Shown: positions 1 to 17,334, counted from the first letter of the stretch. The stretch is 64,000 nt of DNA from the human T2T-CHM13v2.0 reference genome, Homo sapiens (GCF_009914755.1 NC_060945.1), one strand, 5' to 3'. Notes: generated by a model from the sequence alone, not told the origin. Numbers and translations: made by a program.

Positions 1-571
1 CAGATTCAGAGTATGTAGAGAGTCAGATGTAATCGGGCTTGAGCTTATGCCAAGGGCAAGGATGAAGTGAGATAACGGCAGGATAGATATAGTCAGGAAA
101 TTAAATACATTAGAGTGATTAAAACAATTAACTATAAATTTTAGCTGGTTAAGGGTTGAACAAACCATGAAATTCGTCGCAAAAAGATGCGGTAGTTTGA
201 AATATAAAAGTGGCATAAAACAAATGATCAAAAAGTGGAAAATATGATGCTTTTAGATGCTAAAATGTAATAAAAATATAACTCAACATTAATAATATTT
301 CAAATATAAAAATAATTTTTAAAATTAAATTTAATTATAATAGTATCAGCACTTTTTTAATTGGACAAAATGAACTGACTTTTTTATGGGAAAAGAGATA
401 TCTACTACCTGCATAAATGAGAAGATTAATGATCCAAGAAAGTGCATATTCAAACCAAAGACATGTAATCAAGTCAGCATTTTATTGGACTAGAAATACA
501 ATAATTAAAGTAGTGAAACGGAAGAGAAGATTTATCAATAGGTGTCACTTTATATAAAAATATTATGTACA

Positions 572-868
<297 letters not shown>

Positions 869-880
869 TTATGTACAATT

Positions 881-882
<2 letters not shown>

Positions 883-932
<50 letters not shown>
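883..932. repeat. Compound (GT)n(AT)n microsatellite
   Basis: Uninterrupted GT run followed by an AT run, just after the Alu TSD. Confidence 0.97.
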
Positions 933-944
933 CCCAAATAATTT

Positions 945-1345
945 ACACATTGACAAGGAGTTAGCAAGCTATACAATGGAGAATTCACATATGAGCAAGT
1001 TTACATGTTTATAAGTATATGTAAACATAATCAATCTCTTTAGTAGTTACGGACATGAAAATAAAATTACAATTAATTACCACTGTATCCCTAATAGATA
1101 GATAAAAATTTAGAATGAGAACATGTATCACTAGCGTTTATTGCTAGTATAATGTCATATTTCATAAGTATAAATTTCATATATATATTTCATAGTATAA
1201 ATGTCATATTTCAGAAGTATTATGTCTTTAAAAAACCTGTCCAACAGTTCTTATATCTATTAAAATAAAAATGTATCTAGCTATAACCCAACTCCCGGGA
1301 ATTTATTCCACAGAAATAAATGCTCCAATAAACAAGGTAAAAGCC

Positions 1346-1386
<41 letters not shown>

Positions 1387-1445
1387 AATAAAATTATGGA
1401 AAAATTAGAAACTAGAACATTATATAATCTTTAAGAAAATGAATG
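945..1445 (+). mobile_element. Old L1M fragment (ORF2 end / 3' region), interrupted by an A28 tract
   Basis: Degenerate matches to recalled L1 segments (gaaatgcaaattaaaaccacaatgagatacca; ccactcctaggtatttacccaagagaaatgaa; gaatggataaataaattgtgg). Confidence 0.5.
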
Positions 1446-1564
1446 CATAAAAGATAGAAAGGAAGGTTTTTTTAAGCATAAGCATAGCTATCTCTATAAA
1501 ACAATCAAAATAACAAAATGTATTTATGTACTTAACATATATTTATTGGACACGTGGCCGAGAG

Positions 1565-1773
1565 CTACACTGTACATTATTGTAGCCAATAACTATATAT
1601 AATTTTTTATTTGAAATTTATTGATACAACTAAATAAAAATTTTAAATAAGGAATTAGCCCCTCAGTAGCACCAGCTACTTTCCAAATGCTCAGTAGCCA
1701 CCAGTGGCTAGTGCTATCATATGGAGCAGTGCAGAAGTCACATCATGGCAAAAAGCCCTATTGGAAAGAATTG
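1565..1773 (-). mobile_element. MER3 (hAT-Charlie non-autonomous DNA transposon)
   Basis: CTCAGTAGCACCAGCTAC...GTAGCCACCAGTGGCTAGTGCTA...CTATTGGA matches the MER3 reverse complement. Confidence 0.75.
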
Positions 1774-2534
1774 TTTAGACCCTGTTGTAGGGTCCAGAGA
1801 TAGATTACCTCACAAAACTGATGTAATTTCTGACTACATCTAACTTCTAAAGAAAATAAGAAACACATTTATAATGTCATCCAGTTTTTGAAAAATAAAC
1901 TTCAAAAATATCCTCTGGGATGACTATGTGTCCATATGTTTAAGTTTGCATATAACACATGCAGAAACATATCTTGTTATTTGTTGTGGACGGTAGGATG
2001 AAGGATATTGGCAAAATGAAGTTTAAAAAACATAAAAATAGGACATAAGTAAAAGAAGAAAAGAAAAAAGTGCGTATCTAAAAATAGCATGTGACATAAC
2101 TATATGCATGTACTTAAAATAATGTGTGTTCGTGGAAAAATAAAATGATTTTAAAATGTGGGGAAAAAGAGTGCCATGAGATAATTTTTACTGTAGTCTT
2201 AAGTTGTGACAAGTTTTGCATGACAAAAATATGGGAATGCATTTTTCCCAGATAGCTAGAAACTGCAAAACAAAAGGTTTAGCTCTGTTGGTAATATTTC
2301 TCAGAAATTAGGGACATTGTGATTCCATTGATATATGGCTTTGATTTTATTTCCATATGGCTGTGAGCAAATTTCAGTTCTCATTTCATGATAATGTAGA
2401 AATTATGAGCTATTTCAATGAAAGTCAACCCACAATTCATGATTTTTAAGGTTTAATGGATTTTTATGCCATACAACCTAACAAAGTAACTATGTAGACT
2501 GATTTTAAAAATAGGGTGAAAAAAAGCTATTTCC

Positions 2535-2929
<395 letters not shown>

Positions 2930-3053
2930 TTACAGAGATATCTGATTGAAAGTACTGCCTCTGAGGTCATGCCTTCACTGACTTACCCAGAAAAGAGTTG
3001 ATGAAGGTATTACATTTCCCTAGTGGATTACAAAAATAAAAATAAATAAATAA

Positions 3054-3400
<347 letters not shown>

Positions 3401-4156
3401 CCAAATGCTTATTTTCTAAAGCCGATTTTCTGTGGAAAGTAATCATGTTTAATTTAAATCTGGGTTCCGCTATTAGATATAAAGGGGTAGCTTGATGAAG
3501 ACAAAGCCTCCCTCTGAGAAAAATTATAAAATCTGGATAATATACTAAGGGAAAAAAAATCAAAGAGCAATCCTCAAGACAGTTGTGAGATGGGTGGTGA
3601 ATGGGGTTGGTGTATACCTGACAAGCCCTGCCAGTTTTCCACGCCGTGAAGGTGCCAGTGTGTAAGCACTGGCAGATGTAGTAGGAAAGAGCTGGGGCAC
3701 AGCTCCTTTGTCAGTCTCTCCAAAGTGGAAGGACACACACAGTTGTTCAGAGCTATTTAAGTTAGTCAATGGAAGGATCAGGATTTCAATGGAAAGGAAC
3801 AGCAGAGAAGTGGAACACAACATTTACACCACCTTTTTGTTGAGGCTGATGCCCATTACTAAGCTGCTCAAAAGGAAGTGTTTGAGAAACTAAGTAATGA
3901 GTAAGAGGCTAAATATCTAAACAGAGCTATCAGCATGGTTAAGGTGTTGAGAAACTAATGAAACTTAAATTTTACCAAGGAAAGAATGGGACGTGTTAAA
4001 TATGTCATGTGTCACATAAAACCCCTAAAATACTATTTCCAAGGGACTGGAAAAAAACCAAGTAAAGAAATCGTCTACAACAAGCCTGAAATGTGGCCTG
4101 GGAACATGGGTGGCCCTGATGGCTCAAGGTAATTTCCCCTCACTCTGTCTACCACA

Positions 4157-4243
4157 GTATATCTATATCTAAATCTACATGTATATCTATGTAGCTATAT
4201 CTACATATTTCAATAATCTATCTATATCTATCCACCTACCTAC
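4157..4243. repeat. Degenerate (TATC)n/(TACC)n low-complexity repeat
   Basis: Repeated TATCTA and CTAC units. Confidence 0.7.
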
Positions 4244-4353
4244 CTTTCTGTGTCTTTTCTAATGTAAATAATACACTGCTGAGAAGATTGGTTAATAAAG
4301 AAATTCTAGGCCTGTGGCTTCACCACTGAAATCTTCTGAACATTTAAGGATGA

Positions 4354-5111
<758 letters not shown>

Positions 5112-7608
5112 GACCTGTTGTTATTACTACTTAATAGTGATTTATAAGTTGATAACCATTTTGGAATATTATAGTGCCTGGGAAGTCCAAATGAATAATA
5201 AATTTGTTATACAGTAATTGTATCTATTTTTATTTTTTAATAATTTTGATGGTGAACTACTTTTGTGCTGCTACATGTATGTTCAGTGTATTCCCTAGCT
5301 CTTTATAAGTTTTAAAATTACAAATTGATTTCTTGTAGTCCTTCATAAATTAAAGGAAAAAGATTTACATAAATTATTTTGAAGGGTCTGTGCTTGAGGC
5401 ATATTATATAATTGAGAGCTTTAGACAAATGTATATCCATTTTTGCAAAATGAATGTTTATCAACTAGTTAACACATTGAATTTTGTTATTTTTATGCTC
5501 TAAACAGTAATGATTTAGCTTTATAAGGCAAAGTTTTGTCAATTTTAATTCAACCATAGATTCTTAGTGTTCTAAAAAATCCTCAGAAGGAAGGGGAGAA
5601 AATTAACAGTCAAAACTTTTAGCAATATTGTTTCAACCATATATATTATTTAATCTGGAGATGGAAGAGTAAAATATTTGGCAAATATCCTATATGTTTT
5701 TTTCAAGGGTTCTAAAAAATAGCAGGTTTACTTAGGAAAGGAAGTTGACAGGTCTCATTAATCTTTTGTTATAAAATTACATAATTCATGCTTCCACAAT
5801 TATGCATTGGACACAGTTCTAACCCCATTAACAACGAAAGGCATCAAAATGTTTGAATGCGGACAACTGAACTATTAAAAAACAAACTTTCCTTTTTTCT
5901 GTTCTGTGTGCAATATATTCTTCTTAATTATAAGAATAAAATATTTGAAACCATCACTGAATTCAGTTAGGAAAAGTTTTCAGACATTTCCGGTGTGACC
6001 ACTAGCCTGTATGTATATATATTCTTAAAGTTATATACCTTGAAATCTGTTTTTCACTAGGAATCACTGTTAACCTGTGTTATTTTATATGATTATAACA
6101 AATCATATCAGCATGTCTATATACTTCTTTAAAAATCCCAAAACAATATACAATTAAAGGGAAGTCACACACAGAAGGTACATAATTTTCGCCCACTAAG
6201 TACTACCAATACCCAGCATTCACTGACTTAAAGTGTAAATTACTTTAATTTCATTTATTTACAGAGGTTTAGTACCCCTCCAAGGTGTCTTACAAATTCC
6301 CAGCTTTCTATTGAGTTCTTAGACCTAATTATGTTTCTCTTTGTTACAGCGGTTCCCTACATTTGACCTCAGGATCCTTTGCCCGTGTCCATACACTTTG
6401 CCACACTGTGTTTCCTCTATTGGCATCGTTTTGCATATGATAGAGCTTCTGAAAAGAAAAACAAGTTCATATCACTGTTGCAGCTTGAACAAAAGAAGCA
6501 TGTCTTACACACAGCAGAGTCAAACTCCCTGTTGTATGTGGTCAAAATGCACCCATGGTACTCAGAGTTTGACAGTGTTTTACTCTAAGGGGTTCCACAA
6601 ATAAAGCCAATTAGTAATTATACTTTATGAAAAGCTCAATAACTGAGGAAATACTGCAATTTGTTTCAAGTACAAAAAACGGGCATTGTCTGTGGTAAGA
6701 GATGATGGACTTTTTTCTTTCTGTAAAATTTTATGAACTCCTTCTACTTGTAAAACGATATTCCCTTCATACGAATGTATGTTAATGTTTTTAGAGCAAA
6801 ACTATTTAAAACTCACCCAGGATAAAATCATCCCAGCTAACTTTCATCCTTTGAGAAAAGAAAATATGATAAATTAGTTTTTATTATTCATTTTAATACA
6901 AAATGGTTCTAAAAACTGAAAATAATATATACGCATATACATTTATTTATTTACTCGGTGACAATACTCAAAAATTTTTATGCAAAATATGTACTATCGT
7001 TACATCAACTGACAAGTGCCAAAATACCTTGTTTTAATGTTTTGGCATGATTGCACCTCAATATCACTTCTATTCCAGAAAACATAGAACTTTAACATAC
7101 TCATAATATTCTGAAAATAAAACAAAAGCTTACTCTTTGTAAAACAAAGTTTTGAAACAAGCTTTAAAAAAAGTGTCAAATGTTTACAAATATATATGAT
7201 TGTGTTTATGTGTGTACTATAGATCACCAGGGAGAAGATTGAGTTTTGTTTTTGTTTTGTTATTGTTTCAATGTTCCTTCTCCTAAAGCCCAGTCATTTT
7301 CTCCTTGTAAATTCTTTCAGATGCATAATTCCGTGATAACTTCCTTCATAGTCATTCTTCAGTCTCTTCCTCATCTACTTCACCCTGAATGCTTCTGTGT
7401 GTTTAATATGCATAGAACATCATTGTAACCATAAATTACTTGCTCTGAAGCTTATAATTATTGTCTATTCATTCTCGTTCGGTTCAATTTTTTTTATTCT
7501 CCAATCTTTAGTCTCTGTTTCAGTCAGGAAGATTTTCTGTACCCACCTTTTTTATGTCTGCTTTTGAACCTATCAGAGATGTTCCCACACCTTAAAAGTC
7601 TCCCTAGT

Positions 7609-8270
7609 TTTATTAGTTAGGGTTCTGCATACAGATAGAAGCAACACTATGTAGATAGATATATAAGAGGAAACTTACTGTGAGAATTGGCTCACCTGAT
7701 TCTGGAGGCTGAGAAGTCTCCAGATACGTCTTCCACAAGGTCAAGACCCAGGAAAGCCAGCGGGTTAACTCATTCTGAGTCCCAAGGCCTGAGAACCGGA
7801 GGAACCAGTGTCAGACAGGAGAAGATGGATGTCAAGAAGAGCAGGAGAATTTGGGCCAAGGGTAATAGCTTACACCAGTAATCCCAGAACTTCGGGAGTC
7901 CGCTGCAGGTGGATTGCTTGAACCCAGCAGTTGGAGACCAGCCTGACAACATGGACAAACCCCATCTATACAAAAAATAAAATATAAAATAAAATAAAAT
8001 AATAAAATTAAATTAAAATAAAATAAAATAAAGTAAAATAAATAAGTGGGCTGTGATGGCATGCTCCTGTAGTCCCAGCTACTCAGAGGCTGAGGTTGGG
8101 AGGATGGCCTGAGGCTGTAGTGAGCCGTGATCCTGCCACTGCACTCCAACCTAGGTGACAGAGTGAGAGACTCTGTCTCAAATAAATGTAAAATAATCAA
8201 AGAAAAAACAAAAAGAATTTTATTCTATCTGGGCCCTCAAATGATTGGATGATGTCCTCCCACCTTGGTG
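7609..8270 (-). mobile_element. MLT2 (ERVL LTR), partial, split by an AluJ
   Basis: TATTAGTTAGGGTTCT...AATTGGCTCAC...GGAGGCTGAGAAGTC...GGCCTGAGAACC. Resumes after the Alu at GGGCCCTCAAATGATTGGATGATG. Confidence 0.8.
7854..8214 (+). mobile_element. AluJ with an (AAAAT)n-expanded central linker (about 7971-8045)
   Basis: GGATTGCTTGAACCCAG, GGGAGGATGGC and GAGGCTGTAGTGAGCCGTGATC are AluJ states. The right arm has an internal deletion. Confidence 0.88.
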
Positions 8271-10024
8271 TATATGTAGACATATATACTATATATACGT
8301 ACTGTGGAATTCTGTAATTTAAACATAGATGCTGAGAATCTGCAATTTCATTGAATTTGGGGGCAAATGTAATCTTCTTTTATCCATAATCTGTGGCAAA
8401 TAGGATACAGCACTTCTCTTCTGCTAACTCTCCAGGTACATCTGCCACCACACTTCTTCCATACTATGCAAGTACAGCTCCCATATGAATTCTGCTTAAA
8501 TCACCAGGCCTCACATGAGCACACTGATCTCCACTACTTTGCAGACTAGTTACCAATTCTTGAACATTTCAACTTGGTTTAAATTGCAAGAACATATATT
8601 AGTATTTTACCAACACTTTTCAAACAGCTTTTGTTTTCCTGAGTAACATGAGATCCCTCAGTAGGAAAATTATAATTATTTTCTTCTGATGGATTAAGAG
8701 GTTGAGATCTTAGAGTAGTGATGTCCTCAGGATCACGTATGAAATAAGGATTAAAGTCAGATTCTGTAATGTAGAAGGCTTTTATTATCATTACCCAGAT
8801 GCTTCCCAAAGGAGTAAAATTTACTTGGGTAAACTGTAACTCTTTTTTTGAGTAGATAATTGTATACAAATCTTTAGATTTCAGTTATATCAGTAACAAT
8901 AGTTCCTTGCTTTAAAAATTGTAAAATTGTTCTATATTCATTATCTCTCCACTTATATATCATTCTATTCACATGGATTTTCTAGCTTTCCCAATACCTG
9001 GATATGTTTGCATTTGTATTAAATAGTATATTAAATGTAGTCAAATATAGTCAAAATCAGTATCTTCTTTTAAATCATTGTCTGGTTCTCCTTCAATTGT
9101 TTCTAATTATTGTTTTACTGTTTCGTAGAGTCTCCACTAGATCATGACAATTTTTTTCATAAAAGTAAGTCACTAAGTTTATATAAAACTTCTCTCTTAA
9201 AATTGAGAATAGTGCTTGATAGATAAATGACTATAGAAGAACATTAGAACTATTAGACATTAAGAAAATAAAATGTGATGTTTTAGAAAAAAAAAAAAAC
9301 CTTGATTAAAAAAATCAATTGGCATCTGTTTGCTTTGTGCCCATACATTTCAGAGACTTTGATAAAAATAATATAGAGAATTTTGATGAGTACAGTGTAA
9401 GATTGAAATGCAGCAATAAAACAGTTGGAAAGAAACATTATATTTTCTTTGCTAGAACAGTGGTACAATAGCATATAAGCCACAAAAAAAAATATGCCTT
9501 ATCAATGCTTTTTCTAGGTGAAACTTATCCTAGCTTCTAAAGGGTTTTCTGATTATGATCTGCATATGACAAAAACGTTTCATGCTCGTGCTATCAAATA
9601 AATAATCCATATGAAAGTGCATAACTTTATTCTTAGAATAGCAACGAGTCATAATCTCAAAGTTTATTGAGGCAATTCCAATTTCTTTCAAGCAATAAAG
9701 TGAATTTAGATAAGTATTTTCTAAACACACAATTAAAAAACATTAAAAAATTAACTCTTGCATTTGTCATATTAACCTTTCTACATTTTTAGTTTTCAGA
9801 GAAAAAATAAAAATAAAAACACCACTGACATGCCTCATAGAGCAGCAACAAAATTAGAACATTGTGCCTTGGCAAAGAGAAGAGAAGCGCATAAGCATAA
9901 AAATCCTCAAGCAATTGCTTTAGTTGTTCTATTTCAAAAATATGTGTGTGTATTTGTGTGTTTGTGTGTCTATTCATGCATCTATAAATTAGATATAAGT
10001 ATATGTATAAATGTACGTATGTAT

Positions 10025-10376
10025 ACGTGTTTATTGTTTTAGACTACAATAACAAAACATTATAGATTGGGTGACTTAAATAACAGATAGGTATTTATCA
10101 CAGTTCTCAAGGCTGGAAAGTTCAGAGTCAAGGTGCATACCAATTGGGTTCCTGATGAGGGCTTTCTTCTTGATTTACAGACCATGGTCTTTTTGTTCTG
10201 GCTCACATGGCAGAAAAGGATAGAGCTCTCTGGTGTCTCTTTTTCTAAAGATATTAATTCTGTCAAACCAGAGCTCCACTCTCAGTGACCTCATCTAACC
10301 CAAATTACTTCTCAAAAGCTCCATCTCAAAATACCATCACATTGATGGTCAGAATTTTGAGGGTGGGAATCCATAG
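10025..10376 (-). mobile_element. MLT1A/MLT1A0-type MaLR LTR
   Basis: ATAACAAAAC...GGGTGACTTAAATAACAGA...TCAAGGTGC...TGACCTCATCTAACCCAAATTAC...AATACCATCACATT. Confidence 0.8.
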
Positions 10377-10484
10377 GCGTTATGTATAAATATGAATATA
10401 CAGATAGAATTACACATATTTACATGTGTATATATTTGTATTCATCATTCATTTATTCAAAAATAGCTCAAATAATTTAGTTAG

Positions 10485-11344
<860 letters not shown>

Positions 11345-12251
11345 CTCTAGAACGACTTAAGGAAACACTTAATCCATTTCCACTTTAAATTGTTGCTTTA
11401 ACAGAATTATCTTCCAGAAAAGCCATGTCCTCTGAGAACAATATAAAGGAACATTCACACTTAAACTCTCAGCTACTTTTGGCAAATAAATATTTTGACT
11501 AATTTAGGATATACAGGATAATATAAAATATCCTATACAGATATCTTAAAGCTGGTGTTAACGCAAATCAATGTCTTTTATGAAAAATGTCTAAGCAGAT
11601 CATATACTGCAAAAAGAAACTGAAAATGTTTCAAGTGCCTCATTTTGCTCATAAGATTGACACAAAGCAGGTTCAATTGCTTAAGAAGAAAAGAAACCAG
11701 GGGAGAAAAGGAAGTGGAAAACCCGGGAGACTTTAGAGCACTGAATGACTGAATCCAGAGCCTCAAGTGTTTCAACAAGGAGAGTTTAAATAGTGGTTTG
11801 AGCTTGAGAGACTGTGAATGCTAGGAGCTATTAAAGCTATAAAGATTGCATTCTGAAGCTGTTTATTCCTGAAAGTGAGTGGGGAAATCTCAGGGTCAAA
11901 GGAAAACAGAACTGAATGAGCTTCTGGAGTACCTCGGGATTAGGGGTTTGCTTTTACAATACTGTATTTTCCTATGGTAGAAGATGAAAATATGGAGAGA
12001 AAAATACAAGCATTTTTCTCAGATTCAGAAAGGAGAAATAGGTAGCAACAGTTACTGAGAAAGGTCAAAATCGTGACATTGGGAGTTAGCTTAATGCACC
12101 CAGAGTTTGAACTTTTTTTTTTTTTTGATTAATGAAATTCTTCAACCTACAAAATTGGACACCAATTGGAAAAGTTTCTCTCACAAAATTGTCCCTGTTG
12201 TGTAACTCTTGGTGAGGCATTTTCAAGGTTTTGATACTTCTGTTTATATAA

Positions 12252-12609
<358 letters not shown>

Positions 12610-14340
12610 TTAAAAAGTAAATTTTTAATTGTATTATTTGGTGAAGGGAAAAGGGCAGGAAAAAAAAAAAGTAAATTTAAGTCGAGAAGCCAATTTTTTT
12701 AATCCTTCTACTTATCTCTCCAGAAACCTTTGTCCGGGGCATCCTATCTTAATGACATCCTCCACCAGGGTCCTGTTCTATATGAACTTACCCTCTGAGA
12801 AATATGTGCATTTAAAAATACCAAGGGAGAAGAAACAAATGGATTTATTTAATAAAACGTAAAAGTTTTGAAATCTGAATTCGAAGACACTACTTTAGAA
12901 AGCTGGGATTTTTCCCACCACTCTTCACATCTTATCAAACATGCAATTGCCCATATATGACAGGCTCAGAATTGATCATCCTATCTTTAGTAAGTTAGGA
13001 GAAAGTAACAGTAGCAATGGAATGCTAATTATAATAGCAATGATCAGAGAGGGGAGAGAATTCAATCACGCATATTCCATGGACATAAAAATAATTGTAA
13101 TCCATTAAAATTGTAGATTTTGTCATTCGAAGTAGTTGAAGTCAACACACATTCCCATAGTACTTTCTTCTAGTAAACGCTGACAGCTGTCAATCCTCCT
13201 GCTATCTCCTCCCAAAGCACAGTAAAAATAAAAATGTAATAATGTAATTTTTGTCCCAAGACAAGCTAGTTACATTTTCTATTCGGAAACCAATTTCCAA
13301 CTCTGCAACAAGAAGCAATTTATTTCTATTTTCATTCTTTACGACAGCATACTCTTTTGATAAGAATCATTGATTGCCGGATACATATATATTTTTTCTA
13401 CATGTGGTCATATGGGCATCCTGTCCTCATCGCCCTATACTCTCCTGAATGAGGAGATTCCATCTGCTCATTGACCGTGAAGTTTTTATATTTCTCCAAA
13501 TATTTTTCTAAAAATATATGTACATTAGTACTGATTCAAAGTACAACTTAATTGCGCTATTGTGTCAACATTAAATATCAAATGTGAAAAAATTCAATAA
13601 TAAGGCACTTCTTGTGCTTTGTTGCTTCTGTAAGGAAATAAAAGTTTAAAATGTTACTCTTTGTCAAAACTAATATCCTAAATTTTTAATGAGCTCTACC
13701 AAGTATTTGAATAACTGTGAAAAATAAACATCATGATTCATTTAACCCATGTTTAGGGTATTTGATTTTAATGCTTTTTGGTTTGTATAGCAATATAAGA
13801 CAGAAACCAATCTTGAAACAACATCTATCATGGAGATGTCATAATATATAAATGTTTTGATTTAGGGAAAAAAGTAAAATATATTAAATTTTATGGAATG
13901 AGTTAGAGAATAAATAAAATTTAGACATAAAAGCTCTTAACAGAACTGAGAGTCTTAGAATGTTGCTTTTAAGGATCTTCAAAGAATAGCCAAACCAATT
14001 TTTCTCCATTAGTGTTATCAGTTGTGTGTGTAAGCCCAGTATTCTATTTTTAATCACAGTTTGGATAGCTATTCACTTGGCACATTCTTAAACAGTCTGT
14101 TCCCTGTCACTCTACTGAAAAGAAATCTAATTCTAATTGATCAACTTGTAATTATGAAGACAGAACTTGTTTTATTGATTTTATAATTATTTCATAAATA
14201 AATGTCAAAGTTTTAGTTTATTCATTCATATAATAAATACTAGTTTTCAGAAATCCAATTGCCAGGGAAAGAATGAAGGAGAAAATACAGAGAACAAATG
14301 GCTAAAAGAGTTGAAATAAATGTCCTACAATGTCAATTCC

Positions 14341-14401
14341 AAAATAAGTAAGCAGCAGCCACTTTTCTTGATGACTAGCTAAAAATAGTTAATAAACTGC
14401 T
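14341..14401 (+). repeat. Copy 1 of a diverged ~62-bp direct repeat
   Basis: 52 of 62 columns identical to 15048-15109 by manual alignment. Confidence 0.85.
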
Positions 14402-15047
14402 ATAAAAATTGGCAAGTGTGGGAATGTGTAAACCAAGATATCCAAGTATTCGATGTGTACAAACTTATATATTAGATCTTTAAGCTATTTCTGATACCTT
14501 GGAGCAAGTCTACAATAAAGAAAAGTTGACAGAGTTCCAACAAAAGTCAATCATTAATGGTGACTTATTTATACAAAGGGTGCAAGGAAGAAGAATCTCT
14601 GTAAGTCAATTATTGATGCCTTGCTTATGAAATAAATTAAAGAGGGTCACATTGCACTTCTTTATCACTTGTCAAATAAAATAATGCTTGCTGACTTTTT
14701 AACATGTTGAAATGTCAGGATAATTTTAAGTGACTTATATCAATATATAAGCCCAAGATGAATCAAGTGAAAAATGGGCCATCTGTCATCAAATCTTATG
14801 AAGGATACTTACAATCTGAAAGTGAATATTAATTATATTTCCATTTGATTTATGACGTTAAAAATTGAAATATCACACATAGTTGTGAACTAATGAATCA
14901 ATATTTGCTAAAAGTTCTGGAAAAACATTAGGCAGTGATATTCTCTTCAGTATAATAAATATACCTTTTATAAAAATTTAGTATTTGGTGGTATATATAA
15001 ATGCAGAATTCATTAATTCTTATAATTTTATGGACAATACAGACTCA

Positions 15048-15109
15048 AAAATAAGTAAGCAGTAAGCCATTTGTCTTGAAAATTAGGTAAAAATAGTGAA
15101 GAAACTGCT
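15048..15109 (+). repeat. Copy 2 of a diverged ~62-bp direct repeat
   Basis: AAAATAAGTAAGCAG...TCTTGA...TAAAAATAGT...AAACTGCT is shared with 14341-14401. Confidence 0.85.
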
Positions 15110-15809
15110 GTCCAAAGAAATTGTGATTATTCACAGCGATACATTTTCTAGGCTATTCAGTATAGTAATGAATTAATACAACAGTGGACTTAATATTTGC
15201 ACTCATTATAGTAATTTTGGCTTATTTATTTTCTCTAGCAGAGTTCCATGTATAGAACTGTAATTTCTCTAACTTAATTGTTTTGCAAAATGTGCAATTA
15301 TAAGATCAATCAAAGCTGTCAAATGCAGGGAATCTTGGGCTCAGATTTACACTAACTCCCCAAGCCAATAAGATTCTTCACCTCTGAGAGCTGTAATTTA
15401 ACTCTTTGTACAACGTAGGGAAGAAACAAGCTGGCGAGAAGTTGATCTTCACTGTTCACTGTGGGCCAGGGATTGTGGTATTTCCTGAGCAACTTCTCGT
15501 AATTTTCATAATGCTTTTTGGAATTATTAATAATTTGTTATAATCCATTATGCCGGTCTTTTAAAAATGAAAGTTATACTCAGGCATGTAAAATCATGAT
15601 CTGTATTAAAATAAGTATGGTCGTTCCAGTCATTAGGGTGTTTATATACATATTTATTTATCCTGTAGTTACAATAAACAAAAATCATGATAGTAACAAT
15701 AAAATAATAGCTATATGTTATAATTTTAAAAGTTCTCACAGTTTTCATATATAATTTATATATGTCACTTTACTTTGTTTTTCTGTGTTCTGTGTATTAT
15801 AGACTAATT

Positions 15810-15928
15810 TATTTTTTCACTTTACAGAAAAATTTCTGTGTAGTGAAATTTTCCAAAACCACAGTGGTAATGTGTAGCAGAGTAAAAGCTTAAACCGAGG
15901 ATATTGGTCTCCAAATATTATGCTTTTT
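15810..15928 (-). mobile_element. MIR fragment
   Basis: CACTTTACAGA...TTTCCAAAACCACAG..GTAA...GCAGAG...CTCCAAA resembles the MIR core. Confidence 0.5.
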
Positions 15929-17334
15929 ATACTTTAAAATGTTGAGAATTATATTAGGATTTCATGGAGACATCCCACATGCAAGTCTCCAAATGACCAA
16001 CACCATGAGCCATTTAGCTAATATTAGAGTGCAAATCTGCAGGTATGAAGAAGTAGTTTATCTCTCTCCATGCAAAAAGGGCTCGTCACTGTAAGATTTT
16101 TAGTGTATTGCATGGTTTGCTTTATTCAGGCAGCATTCTCTCTGACTTGAGTAACTTGCTCAGCACCCCCATCCATAATGTCTAACATAAGGAGCCCCTC
16201 GTGGGATAATCCATTCTAAAAATTGCATATCCCATATTCCTGTAATTTTTGTTGTTTGAATAGTTTTAAATTAGAAACACATACATCTCACCATGTATTT
16301 TCATGTATAAGTAAATGTATTATTTGCTCTTATAGACACATTTAGGCAATACATAACATTCCAAAAGTGGTTTATGATTACTGACTTTGACTATTTTTGT
16401 TACCAAAGAACACACAAATTTAACACATTGTTGGGGTTAAAAAATTTAAGTGTACAGCTTGTAAAATTTATTTTCATATATTTTTCAATACTTTTCTTGG
16501 AACATATCTATATGTTTTTCTGTTAGAATAAAACTCACATATTTTGGCAAGCAATCAAATCTGAGCACATTTTCAGTTACATCTTGGAGAACAAATGACT
16601 TAAAATATAAATTAAAAATTAGTTTTTTTTAAGATATGAGATATTTCTGCATGTAAAAAGACCTCTTGAGGAGAAACTTAAAATTATATTTTTAGTGAGC
16701 TCAGAGTAGAGCTGAGAGTGTGGAAATCAGGTAAAATTTTCATATTATTAACTAGCTAACAAACAATGCTAATAAAATAATTGCATGCTACTTACTTTTC
16801 TAAAATGTGTAACAGAAATATATTTTTCTTCATGCTAAAATGTTTCACAGATACCTATATAAGTATCCAGATCCTTCAAAAAAGATATATAATAAACATA
16901 TTGGTTTAATGTATGCCAAAACCCAGAATTTCCTTATAGAATAAGCTTACCACAATGTTTAATGCCTGAAGATAAAAATCTTAACTTTTATATCTGGTTT
17001 TAATTTTCGTAAGTAGTAGATGTATTGGGTCTCTATCAGCTCCCGCAATTTTCTTTCCCACCTTTAGTACTAGGTTGCTTATTAAGATCAATAGAGTAAG
17101 AAATAATAAATAAAGTAGCTTAGATAGGTCTAGGTATACTGTTTCTGCCTATTCCTTTCATATACTCCTCCTGTATTTTCTTTTAAAATTGAATGACTGA
17201 TTTCATGACTTTCAGGTAAGTCTCAATAATGAATTGCATTAATAATGAAGAACCTACATACAGCTCTTTATTAATTATTTTGGCATATATTTTCTAATTC
17301 AAATTAGCCCACACTCTTGAGATTTAGATAATGA

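Noticed and set aside
1146-1222. Short imperfect duplication AGTATAA(A)TGTCATATTTCA; similar small duplications near 4873, 30042 and 33272
   Set aside because: These are ordinary slippage duplications with no sign of function.
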